From the NCBI GenBank assembly GCA_002633005.1, contig NMRA01000360.1, forward strand, positions 1 to 64,000: DNA of 64,000 nt. The letters are read 5' to 3'. A program made the position numbers and the translations under genes. Positions 1 through 12,500 of this stretch are shown one piece after another. The DNA is from Phoronis australis. Lineage: Eukaryota > Animalia > Phoronida. The notes below the pieces were generated by a model, which did not search any database, had not been told where the DNA came from, and worked only from the letters and a program-made list of their open reading frames with translations. The number at the start of each line of letters is the position of its first letter. The stretch's first letter is position 1.

Positions 1-549
1 TACTTAGGTATATGTCTGATGTCAGGTCGAGCAAGTGATAAGTAGATTAGGGAGCTATGTTGGCCAGGATTGTCTCATGCCAGGGTCAATCGCCTGGTAG
101 AGATGGGTACATAACTGTGATAGCCCATTACCAATTAGGAAAATCTGTTATGGGGTCAGTTCTGAGATTATGTTCAGGTTGTTTAGAACATTTTGTTATC
201 TGAGTGGATTGCCTGAAACAGTAATATGAGAGATGAAGCAGGATATTGAAACTGATGTTATTGATTGGACTTTATTGAATGATGGGACTTTTCCTATGTA
301 GACTATTTTTGGATTTTTTAAGCTCTAGGTGTAATGAAAACTATTTAGTATTCTAACTGTTGTTTCATTTGGTGTTATTGTTTTTAAAGTTGTAAATGGG
401 GGTGTTGTTATAATTTGTTGTTATTGATATAACTGTTGATATTATTGTATTGACATGGTTTCTTGTGTTGTTTGTTTTGCTTGTTGCCATGGTGTTACAC
501 ATCTAGTTTTGTGCAGTGCTGTAATGTTCGTCAATTCTCGCTTTTTCAG

Positions 550-3500
550 AAGCTGATCATGGGTCGTGGGACTGCGGTCTGTCTTACGAGTGTCGCACAC
601 TGCTCTTTAAAGCTCTGCACAACCTAATAGAAAGGTATGGTATTGGACGAAATGCTAGTGGACTTCACGAAGTGGATAATTGTGTGATATCTTTTTTGCT
701 GCTCAGATTATTTAAGGCCACATGCAGTGCTAATTTGTGCTTGAATAAATCAAATTTGCACGAATCTCCACTTGGGCTGTAGGGATTGCTATTCTAGCTC
801 TTTTTTATAAAAATCTACTAGTGAGTTTTTGTGCACCAAAACGTTTTTAAAGATTATATAGCCTGCAATTTAGTGTTTTGTTGAAGATTGGGTCATTTCC
901 TTTTTATGCGCCCACTTGTACATAAGTTTGTGCATAATGCCATCATGCTCTTGACTCGTTTTCATCTTGCCTCTTTTTCAGATGTCTTCTCACCAAAAAC
1001 TTTGTTCGAATCGGCAAGTGGTTTGTCCAGCCGTTCGAGAAGAGTACGTCGTCATCGCGGGACAGAAGGTATGAATCTTTTTTATTTTTGTTTTTTATAT
1101 GTTTTATTTTTTTACGTAATTCATTTTTTATTTTTTTTACTCGGCAATCGATAAGTCGTGGAACAGTGAACAGCTGTCAGTCACTTACTGCTGTTTACCA
1201 TGTTGCATTAAAGAAGTTCCTATTTACTTTCAATATTATTGAGAATTCAATGTAGAGTTTACTCGCACTGTACATCAAGGCTAAAAACTGGGTTAGTAAT
1301 GAAGACAAAACAGCATCAGAAAGGATTAGTCAGTGCTTGTACAAGTCCAGAAATGTAGTGAAAAATTAAGGAACATAGTGGAGTCCCTGTTTAGTACTGA
1401 GTCGTGCAGCCGGGCACAGGCCTCAAGTCAGTAATCTCAACACCAGTACACAATGTATCAGTAAGGCTGACCTTCATGTGAACCGGAATGCCACGGTGCC
1501 CACAAACAAGGCTCTCTCACCTCATGAGTTTGTCTGGCTCTCTGTCAATGACTTCTACAGCATATCTAATGAGCATCTAAGACTCATTGTTTAGTTCTCA
1601 TGCAAAACAAATATTGTACTATGACCATGCATCATTTCAACTTGATAGTATGACATAAACCCAGAGTATCCGTTTTACTTGACAACTGAGCCATAGCTTT
1701 TCATCCTGTTCCTGTTGTAATGGGATACTGTCTTACATCTGGCTGTTGGGGGTATTCGTCTTATTGTGTCTTTCCTTCCTAGCCGAGTCGTCACTTTGTG
1801 CAATCGTTGGCTTCATTCTCATGCTGATTCCACAGATGTGCATTCTTTAGGCTTCAAATGTGTTCACTGGTGTGACTTTTTGTCGCATTTTCAAAATTGG
1901 TGCTGTTGAATTTGAGTCTGCATCTAGTCTGCTAGTAATAGGCGGTTCATTTTTAATATGCAATGGTTGAAGGTCATGAATTTGTGACACAATGTTATCA
2001 CGCTGTTGAGTGTCAATTGCGTGGTGATAAAGGTGTTATTAATGTGGAGTCAATTAGCCTTTTACCTTGGCACTATTCAATACACATGAAAAAAACTTTC
2101 AGACAAAATAAGTCTGAATTCTTCCAGCTCATCAACAAGTATTTGAGGATTTTGCCGTTACAGTTGCTGGAGTGACAGAGAACGTAATTCTGTACCGATT
2201 ATTTCTTCTATTTATTTCTTGTAATCAAATATAGGCATTCTGCTGCATTAGGTACTATAAATTATTATACATGTCAGGCATTTCAACAAATAAGTTGCGC
2301 TGATAATAGTTATAGTGATAACAACAACACGAAATAACAGTGAGGATAACGATTATAATAACAGTTACGAGTTGATGCCGCCTACGGTGGCCAAGAGCTG
2401 TTGGAATGTTTCCTCTTTCCTATTTCAACTCGTTGTGCTGCAGTAGTAAAATTCATTGGCATCCGATTGACTAATGGCAATCTAAACAGTGAACAGCCTG
2501 ACAGCAGTGTGTGTGTGCAACTGTGGGCCAAGTTCCCTTATGAACGTGTAGCATTGTAGGTAAATACTGCAGAAACTGGTGGGAGGCGTTGTGGTATTGA
2601 GAGAAGTGTCACTTCAATGTTTGTTTTTGTTTACACGATAAAAAGTCACCTTTAGGCATGGTTGGTATTCAGTCTTCACCGATGTCTGATGTAGTTATTT
2701 CCGAGCGACTTTATGATGCCAGCATCGTGCAGTGTCTGGGGAGCTTGCGAGGAAACGTTTGTCAGTGCGGTCAATTTGTAGACGTTTTACTATGTCGTAG
2801 AAGTGTCCCCGACAGTTTCCTTGGCGACGGAATCAGTAGCAGCCTCAGGCAACCAACACCCTAGTCTGAGCGATGACTTGGTACATACCTAGTCTTAAAG
2901 GGCAGTGCTCTGTTAAGAAGGAACGTGATTGAGACCAATTATAAAGTGGGTCAACGAGTTCAGAAAGTCATTTTCGCCAGAACATTGATCGATGATTGTT
3001 TCCTAGAACCTGATTCTTACCTGGACTTGATTTCATGTAGTCCTGGTTAGTGCTAGCTATTGAATTAAATAGAGAGCACGCATGTGACTTGGTGGTAAAA
3101 AAATTCCGCAAGTGTTTTAGACCACCGTATTTTGGTTTTACCCTTTGTAAATTGCTCGGACATCTTAAAATTGTTTGCTCAAAGCTGCAGGTTCGTCCAA
3201 TATAAGTGTCGCTAATGATCATGTTGGTGAAATCGTTGATCGACAAGTTGTAATGTCGTACCCCTTGTTGATCTTGTCCGTGTGCCTTTCAGGAAGCTCA
3301 GATTAACGTGCAATGCACGTGATGTTTCTAATGTAAGACAGATAATTTTTCTAGGAAAGATTGCATTAAGCGGAATCTCACTGTTCCATCATGTGTCCAT
3401 TTTACATTACATTATGAAGGAGAGATAGACGCTTATAGAGTAATTTAGAACGAAAGTTGTGTAATTATATTTCTGCTCTGTGTGTAGTTGATGCACTCCT

Positions 3501-6500
3501 CAGTTCATAACCAGTAAGTTGACCTATTTTCCGAATTACGAAAATACAGCGTTTTGTTACCCCCACTATTCTGTCAATCAGTATCAGTAGCGAAAAAGCA
3601 CATAACTGGATTTCACTTCTAGTTCTATTAAGATGTTGTAATTCTGAGTTCACTTAGAAATTGAATGTGTAGATATTAAAAATTAAAATCAGATGGGTTA
3701 AAATGTTCCCAATCTTTAGTATTTTAACTTCCTTGCTTGCTTTCAAGTTGAAATGAGAAATAGAAGCAAAATTCCGACTGAGTATGAGTGATGAGTTCTA
3801 AAACAGTGACAATTTCAGAAACTATATTTGAATTTCATGGTTTCGAATGGGAATTTATTGAAGTCAAAATTTCTGGCTTGTGAATTTTCTGTGTAGAGGG
3901 CTGCATATTTGAAGTTTTAGCTATACCGTATTCGTCCTAATAAGCGCCCATGCCCCTATAAGCCCCCACGCGTTTTCAGACTTAGCTAAAATAAGCCATG
4001 AACGTGTACATGCGAAAAATGCTTAACTTACAGTTCTTAAATTCTTCAGTACCATCTTCAATTTATCAATAAGATCAGACAGTCCTGAAAAAATTACTGT
4101 GCGTGGAATTTGTTGACCACGAGCTTCACTGCTTTGTTGGTATTCAGCCATGACTATACACTTCAAACTTCCGTGGTACTTCAAAAAGAACGCAAAACTT
4201 TTGCTGATATTGAGAGGAACGTGTCCCATTATGGTCTGGCCTTTCAGAGCAGTACTTGTCAAAGGGATTGTATTGTATAAGTTTCCCGTACAGATCTCCC
4301 TCAACAGGAATCCAAATTTCTTTGTATAGTGAAAAGCTGCGAATCGAGGACTACAAAAATTTGACCGATATTAAATGCACATGGCCTGGAAGCGCGCGCT
4401 ACATACCTGTCTTAATTGGTGTTTTTAAAGTCGAAGGAACCCACTGATAGTCAGCACATCCGCACCTTAAGATTTTACCCATTTCGGAGACGGGGTTTCA
4501 ATCGCCTTAGGCTATAATAAGCGCCTCCCTCCTGAAACGAATTTTTCTAAGTGTCCTGGGTGCTTGTTAGGGCGAATACAGTATTTGAAAACCTATGGGC
4601 CATGTTTGAATGATTCATGTTTGGAAACCTTGAACCATCTTTCAAACCATCTAAACAAGTGTTAGAGAAGTTCTGGGTCATGCTTGAATAACCCTCGAGA
4701 CATGTCATTGGGACTTTCAAACAGTACTGTGTTCTCTACATGTATTTACACATGGTGCTCAACATTCACGTTTCTCCGTTTCTTCTTCCAGCCAGCACCT
4801 GTCAATCTCGTTTTCGTTCTTTCTGCATGGAGAGAGCACTGTGTGCGCCAGTATTGATGTCCGTCAGCATCCGCCGCTGAGACGACTAATGCCACGTCAC
4901 TTACAGCTTGCGTCCAGCAACGGTTCCAGCCTTCCAGGTAGGTGGCACCACTAGTATGTGGCCGTGTCCTTTACCCGCGAGAAACTGGTGCGTCTTGGTA
5001 TAGACCATGGTGTGTGCTTGCCACGTACAACGTATTTAGCTAGCCTTGCAGTGGACAAATTTGAGTGACAGGACAACACTATTATCTCAGTCCTCAATCA
5101 GGGCCCGGTCTCCAATCTCCGTACTCAGACTCATACTCATACTCGAGATTCCATACTCAAAATCGTGCTTACTGGAGTCGTACTCAAAAAAGCGTATCTA
5201 ATGTCGTATTTCGAGTAGACTCCAAACGTACTCAAATCTGACACTCATACTCGAGTTGCTATGGAACTCTTTATGATGTGAAATGCAAAATCACGCAAAG
5301 CCGCGCTGATTCATCGCTCCCTATTGGAANNNNNNNNNNNNNNNNNNNNNNNNNNNNNNNNNNNNNNNNNNNNNNNNNNNNNNNNNNNNNNNNNNNNNNN
5401 NNNNNNNNNNNNNNNNNNNNNNNNNNNNNNNNNNNNNNNNNNNNNNNNNNNNNNNNNNNNNNNNNNNNNNNNNNNNNNNNNNNNNNNNNNNNNNNNNNNN
5501 NNNNNNAATTTTTACTCAAAATCGTACTCGAAATATAGATGAGATACACTTCAGTTCGAGTACACTCGAAAACTGAGTACGTGCTCGAAATTTCGAGTAC
5601 AGATTTTTCGAGTATGACATTGAATACACCAAAGCTGAGTCTGTACTCGAGTTGAGTACGAAGTGTGAGTTTGAGCATGATTCGAGTCTGAGTACGGAGA
5701 TTGGAGACCGGGCCCTGTCTACTTATGTGACGCAATGTGCCTGCTGACCGTGTTCGTTTTAACTACTAGCCTTGGGTTTTCAACTGCATCCTGGTGTTAC
5801 AAACCACAAAGCATTATCTCAGTATGAGCAGGGCTCAACATTAGGACAAGTGATTGAAATTTTTACTTGCCCAAACAACTTCACTTGCCCCAGGTACAAT
5901 CCCAAATAGCACCGTACATGTGCTCACCTAGGCAATGTGTTACCGTAGGGCTGCCTGTGCTGAGTGTCCTCTTGTGTCGTGCATGCTATATACAGGAGTT
6001 GCAATTTTTTAATGATTCTTCTTATAAAACATTTATTTATAAGGTGTGTCAAAACACTATAGAGACAAATTAGACGAGTAACTATGGTAAATGAACCATT
6101 GTTACACGTTCACAGACGCCGAAATGAGCTAGGAAATGAACTCTAGACACTTTTGTGTATTCATTAGTTTATATGCCCTCATGCATTAAACTTGAGTTGT
6201 TGCTTAACCTGAATTTGAATTTTTGCTATCCGTAAAAATCTTGCACAGTTTTGGTCATCGGTACATTGTATTAAATTAAAATCAAATTTTAACATATAAG
6301 AATGCCACATATAATTTTATTTTCAATAAATAATTACATTTTTGAAAAATTGTTTGCAAAAAAGTCACCCTTCAGAGCGGCAATCCCGAAGACTGTATTC
6401 CTCTTCTTTCGGGAGTCGCCACCGGGAGCCGGGAATTCATAAGAATTTCCTTTGGAATTCCCCCTGAATAAATACCAGGCCTTTAAAACTGCTATGTAGT

Positions 6501-9500
6501 GTAGAAAATATGTGGTCAATCATTCACTTTTTAGCTTTTGTGCTTATCTGTATGACTTACATCCGCCAACGAACGCGGTGCTTCCAGCTGTACATGGGTA
6601 AACGCTGACAAAAATCAAATGTCATCCCTAGTTCACTGTCTCACAGGCCAGGAAACCTAATTTCCCATGACGGAACCCATACCCGCACTCTTTTGGTTTC
6701 ATATTGTTGCTTTGATTCTTCCTGAACTCGTTTATAGCAACGTTTTGCCAGAGTGCAGACGATCAGTAGTATCACGTGACAACTTATTCTGAAACTGCAG
6801 GGCACGTTCAGAGAATCGAAAGGATTTGATCGCGGGTGTTATCTGTGCACGCTGCATCACACGTGTTCTGTTTTCCTTTCGGTGCTCATTCGAAGACGGG
6901 AGTTTCTTTGACGGCCACAGGGGCTTTTTCGACGGTTTTTAGGCTTGTGTCAGAGTTCGTTTCTTTGGAGCAAATGTCAAGCAGACAATTTTAGGATGTA
7001 CTTGCCTATGCGGCTAACTTTTTAACTTTCCCATCGGGCAAGTACTTTTCAAATTCCACTTGCCCGACGCAAAATCTTCATGCACACGGGCAATCGAGCC
7101 CTGATTAGCCATGTCGACTGATAGTTTTGCCTGCCTCGTCCCTAGTCGAGATCTTGAAGTGATTTCAGTGATCTTAATTTGCTAGGCTAATTAAATGTCC
7201 ATTTGTCTGGCTCTAATTCTGTGCCTGGACGATTAATAGTCGGCTTGCTTTCTAGTAATTAGTCGGTGGCAAAATTGTGTATTGATGCAGATTAACTGCC
7301 GTTCGGAATTATTAAGGTATTTGCCATCAAGGGACATGACCTTGATGCCTAGATTTTGTGGCCGAACATTGGCCATTCCCCTATAGTATAAAATATTTAA
7401 AAATAACGTGAAATTATCCTTTCCATTCCCAAAAGTTCCCCTCCAATGGTTAAAAAAATCCTCTCGAGGTTAGAATATTAGGTACTTGAGGCACTGCCAA
7501 TGGGGGTGGCAATTGGGGGGGTCTCTCCACAACTCAGAAATTGTCCTCTCAGAAGGCACAGGCACATTTCCCCTTTGGTGAGAGAGTGCCTTGTGCATGC
7601 CAAGAGAAGTCTGAATGCATTCTCTGCAAAGCTTGTAATGCCGGTGATTCTCAGTATGCGAAAGTAAAAAAATTTCAGGCAATACTACTAATCAAAATAC
7701 AAATGGAAATTTAGTCATATGTAGACAATAGCTCCTGCCACTCATTTTTATGGACCCACATATTTATAAATGGACGCATTATGCCGTCATCTCCTTCTGT
7801 CTGTCCGTCCTTATTTTCTGGTACTATTTTTCATCCAAGCTGGTAGCTTGTTTGTATAAAGTTGTGGGGCGGCATATAAAAGTATCTAATCCATTCCTCA
7901 TCCATCTCCAATGCCATTGGCCTCTGGTGTGGAGAGGCTCATCCACCTCCAATGCCATTTGCCTCTGGTGTGCTTGCTATCAAGTTTCATGGGGAGGCTC
8001 TACTTAGGTGGTATAAAGCTGTTGTTGAGCTAAAAAAAATAACAGAATTTTGTTATATTATCTCATTTGTGTAAAATGAGATGCTTCTAAATGCAACTCA
8101 TTCAATATCCGTCACAGGCTAGTGTCTTCTCCGGAGATGTTGGTTTATCTAATATTTTTGGTGAAAAAGCTTGGCGTCTGACCCAGTGTTCTGTTGACGA
8201 GAAAGCCATGTGTTAAGATCGACACACTTGTTGATCTTGTTGATTCAAGGCCAAGTGCTCTGCAGATGGGTGTCTGTGTGTTCAGTTTTAACTGAACTGA
8301 CAAAACAGATTTCTCAAGTTTCTCGCTTGTGTAGATTCGCTTGTGTAAATTCGCATTGCTGGTGGGTGGGATGTCATTCACAGCTGATGCAGGGTGATGA
8401 AAAGTGAAAAATCTTGATGGTGCTACCATTTGTGTTTGTTTTTGAGCTATGCATTGTCCTTTTCTATGAAATCATGTTGCAGAACAGAAAACATGAGTTT
8501 GGCTTCCTTTGTCAAATATTCACCCGACAGGTTACTGTGTGTTTCTATCGCTAAAATGATTACTGGGTTGAGATTATGTCTTCACTCATATATTGAGTCT
8601 TTGTCATTCTTAAATTGGAAATAAATAAACCTCCAGTTGGAAAGTATACATACATGGAGTTGTTTGCTTGACAAGAGCACTGTCAGTATTACTTTTGAAG
8701 AACTTAGTGTGATGCAAGTTATTCCCAGGTTGGTGAATAAAGTCTATATCTACTGTACATTTGAATATGACTGATTTTGACATTTCTAATTTTTTTCCTC
8801 CAACTTGTCCCTCTTTTCTGTAATGTTACGTCACGCATGACTTGTAGCGGTTAATATCCATTTGCATGGTTTTCAGTTGTGCTGGCGCCGTACGGGTTGG
8901 CTGGCGTGTTGACTGGGCAGACGTGTCAAGAGAACGATCCAGCTAGTCGACGAATCATGGAGGAGTGGAAGCAGTTTTATCCAATAGACTGTGATTACAA
9001 GCCGGGTGACGAATCACAAGTCCCTCCTTGTGTTGAAGTTATAGTCTGTAAGTGTGCTGTGTCTTCGCATTGTCTCTATCGGGGTTTTTTTATTTCTTCA
9101 AGCGGCGCTCCATCAAAGAAACTTTTGATTTAGACTACTTGCTGCTATCTCGGCCTATTCCAAACTCGGCCGAGAAGTGGTTTCTGAACTTGGATAAAGA
9201 TGGCTGTTCATTGTGTCTCGAGACCATGCTTGGGGCTTAAAATGACTCATGAGTCGCCGTGGTAACCAACTTGTAGAGCCTGTTGTCAAGCAATATTTGA
9301 ATTGTCAGGGTTTGTTCTGAGCCCAGAATTCATCTCTGTTCTGACTGAGGAACAATTTGAAACCAGTTTCATGTGGGTAAGTGGTTCATGTGGGTATGTG
9401 GTCTAACTAAGTGGTCTAACAACTTGAATTGTTGTGATCTAAGGCAGGTATTAAGTGGCTTTAAAGTGCAACTGGCACGCTAATCACTTATCTCTGTGAT

Positions 9501-12500
9501 TGCTTGGCCAAATTAGTTAGAAACAGCATATAGCAACAATGTGAATATCAAGTACCGTATGTTGAAAATTGCCAAATGTTTTTAGCGAGTTTTGCGGTAA
9601 AAATGATCCTCCGCAAATCACTGAACCGTGTCTAGTCAGTACTGTGACATGGTGCTGGGGAAAAACACTGCATGATGTGGGCTATGCGAGTCCGCGAGCT
9701 ACGTAATTAGTGCAAAGGTCACCTATTTACAAATTTTTTTGTTATCACTTTACAAATTATCACTGAATACAACTGGACTTCTTTCAGTATAGATTATGTT
9801 GAAATAGTACTGTCATTTAGTTCCTGTTACTCATTAGCAAAGTTCGGAGCATGCAAATACATCTTTAAGAAAACATCTTGTGGATCAGAAGTGTGATATG
9901 TGGATATCTACTGATGACTTGAGAGTTAGAAGAACTGAAGTGACGGAACATAAATAACTGTATACAAGCCTTAGCAAATTTATGCACTTTCCTTTGTTCT
10001 GCACAGGCATAGGTTGAGAGAGGGCAGAACTTTGTTTAAGGATGGCGTATTTTTGTCAGTTTTCAACCCCGATTTTTAAGAAAATGTGCAATGCTGTTGA
10101 CCTGTTTGTCTCTAAAGATATGAAGGTCATCGTGTCGACCGTTTATGGAAACCTGATACTCATAGGTGTACACACAAGAGGTGACTAGCAGCTCTTCTTG
10201 CAATTCGTCTCTTACTGCCAGCGCAGGGTTGTTCTGTTGCAAACCGTACTTAATCTTACATAGCAGTAACAGGTACCACCAGAACTAGGAGGTTATAAGG
10301 AATTCAAAAATGCACGACTTGTTGAGAGAACCATCAGTTCAGTTGCATGTAAAGTTGACGATGAAAACAATTAGCATGTTTTAATTCCACAAGGTCGTGA
10401 ACTGAGATTGATATGCGTATTGTGGAAGTAGAAATACTGAACCAATGACACTTTGATTGAGTGAAAAACTTCAAGGCCACTCAACTTCACAGTGGATCAA
10501 CAATTCCTTGCAATTCATTGACATTACTGTTTACTTTATGGGTTATTTGTTTGAAAATTAAAAGTGTGCTCTCATTAGCATATGCGGAATTTTGTGAGGT
10601 GGTGCTCAAAACTGGCTTATACGTCCTTAATCTGTTGCCTTGGGTGTGTCTGCGAAAAGCAAGTGCTTGAACAGACAAACACTGGTCACAATTGCTTTGT
10701 TTCAGCTGGTATGAAGATGCGCTACCCCAGCTGTTTCGTGCTGGTCTCCGACAGCGATCGTCCACCATCATCTGGCCTTGGCACCAACAATGGCAGTACC
10801 CCCGGTCTCAGCATGCAGCCAATTCCACTGACCCCGCCCACGTCTCCTGGTGATGCACACGTCTCAGGGGAGACGAGTATCAAAGTCGTGCCAAACGCTG
10901 CTTACGCGAGTGGGTTTTTAGATCTTAGCAACACCGACAGTGGTCACGTGCTGAGGCACAAAGTGGCAGAACGAGTGTGGCAGGATAGCTGTTTTACGAG
11001 CGCGTCAAGTAGACGGTATGACTTATTTTATTAACTGTGCCCAGAAGCTCAACTGTTTACTTATCAGTTGTCGGTGGTGCTCAAAATCAGAAATTAAATC
11101 AACATTATTATGCGCCCACATATATGTGGACGCATTATGCCGTCATCTCCGTCCGGCGTCCACTGCTCTATCTCCAAAACCCGTTGACATACGTTCATGA
11201 AATTTGGCACGTATGTTCCATTCAGGAATGGGACGGCATGAGCGAACTTTCGGACGGATCCGACTACCGGTGTGCCCCCTAGTGGCAATTTTAGATTCTT
11301 ACGCTTACCTTTGTATCTTCAAAAGTCCTTGACGGATTTTCATAAAATTTTAAATATTGACATCTATTGGTGTGATGACGCTATCTTCCTGTTTTTGGGT
11401 GGAATCGAGGTATTTTGCACCACCTAGTGGCCATTTTTGCTGGTTTCAAATCTTGTTTTTGGTGTCCACCCCTGTATCAACCAAATTATTTGAAAATTGG
11501 CATATATGTTCTCAGTGTGAAGACGACCTTTGATGATGGTGACTGACTACTTTGGCGCCTCCTAGTGGTAGTTTTGTTTTGCGCCCATAGTTGTCTCTCC
11601 TAAACCCAGTGCAGGATCTTTACTAAATTTAGTAAGTGTATTTATATGAAGATAACAACAGATGACGACTTTCAGGCAGATCCAGCGGACACTGTGCTTA
11701 CTAGTGTCAATTTCATTTTATTCTGTTTTCCTTTGTTTCTCTGAAGTTCCTTGACAGATTTTTATTAAATATGTTCCTGTTTTTGGATTGTATTGTATGT
11801 TTTTGCGCCATCTAGTGGCCATTTTTATGATACAAATAAATAACCCTAAAAGCACACCATTTGCAATGTTTTCGTGGGCGCATTTCAACGCTCCGTGTTG
11901 CTCTTGTAGAATGTGTTAATTAGTCGTACTAAGAGAAAACTAATGTAAAGTAGCTTGTTAGTAATGATAATGCAGTTGGCACGTCTATCGGTCTATGTAT
12001 TTTTTATGTCCTGGGCATTCACTGGTGGCCATGCTGCCAGATGTCAAATCAACGTGATGTGTTGTTTTTTATGCGCCCACATATTTATATGTGGTCGCAT
12101 ATTGCTGTCATCTCTGTCTGGGCGTCCGGTGTCCGGCATCTGCAGCTGTATCTCCTAAATCCCTCACAGGATCTTGATGAGATTTGGTACATGTGTTCCT
12201 ATGAAGCTGGCGACAGATGACAAAGAATTTCGGACCTATCCGACTACAAGTGTGCCCCCTGTTGGCAATTTTAGTTTTTTATGTTTACTCTGTATCTTCA
12301 GAGGTCCTCAACGGATTTTCATATAATTTGGAAATTAGGCATCAATTTGTGAGATGACGCCATCCTCCCGATTTGGAATGGATTCGAGGTATTTTATACT
12401 ACCTGGTGGCCATTTTTACCGTTTTACGACTTTGAATACTGTGGCACCTCCTAGTGGCATTTTTTTGCGTCCCAGGCTGTATCTCTTAAATGCTGAAAAG

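Noticed and set aside
1378-3290. Possible old Penelope/GIY-YIG fragments on the minus strand (e.g. DTYIGRT in ORF 2968-3246)
   Set aside because: Only isolated short motifs with many stops; cannot be supported without a profile search.
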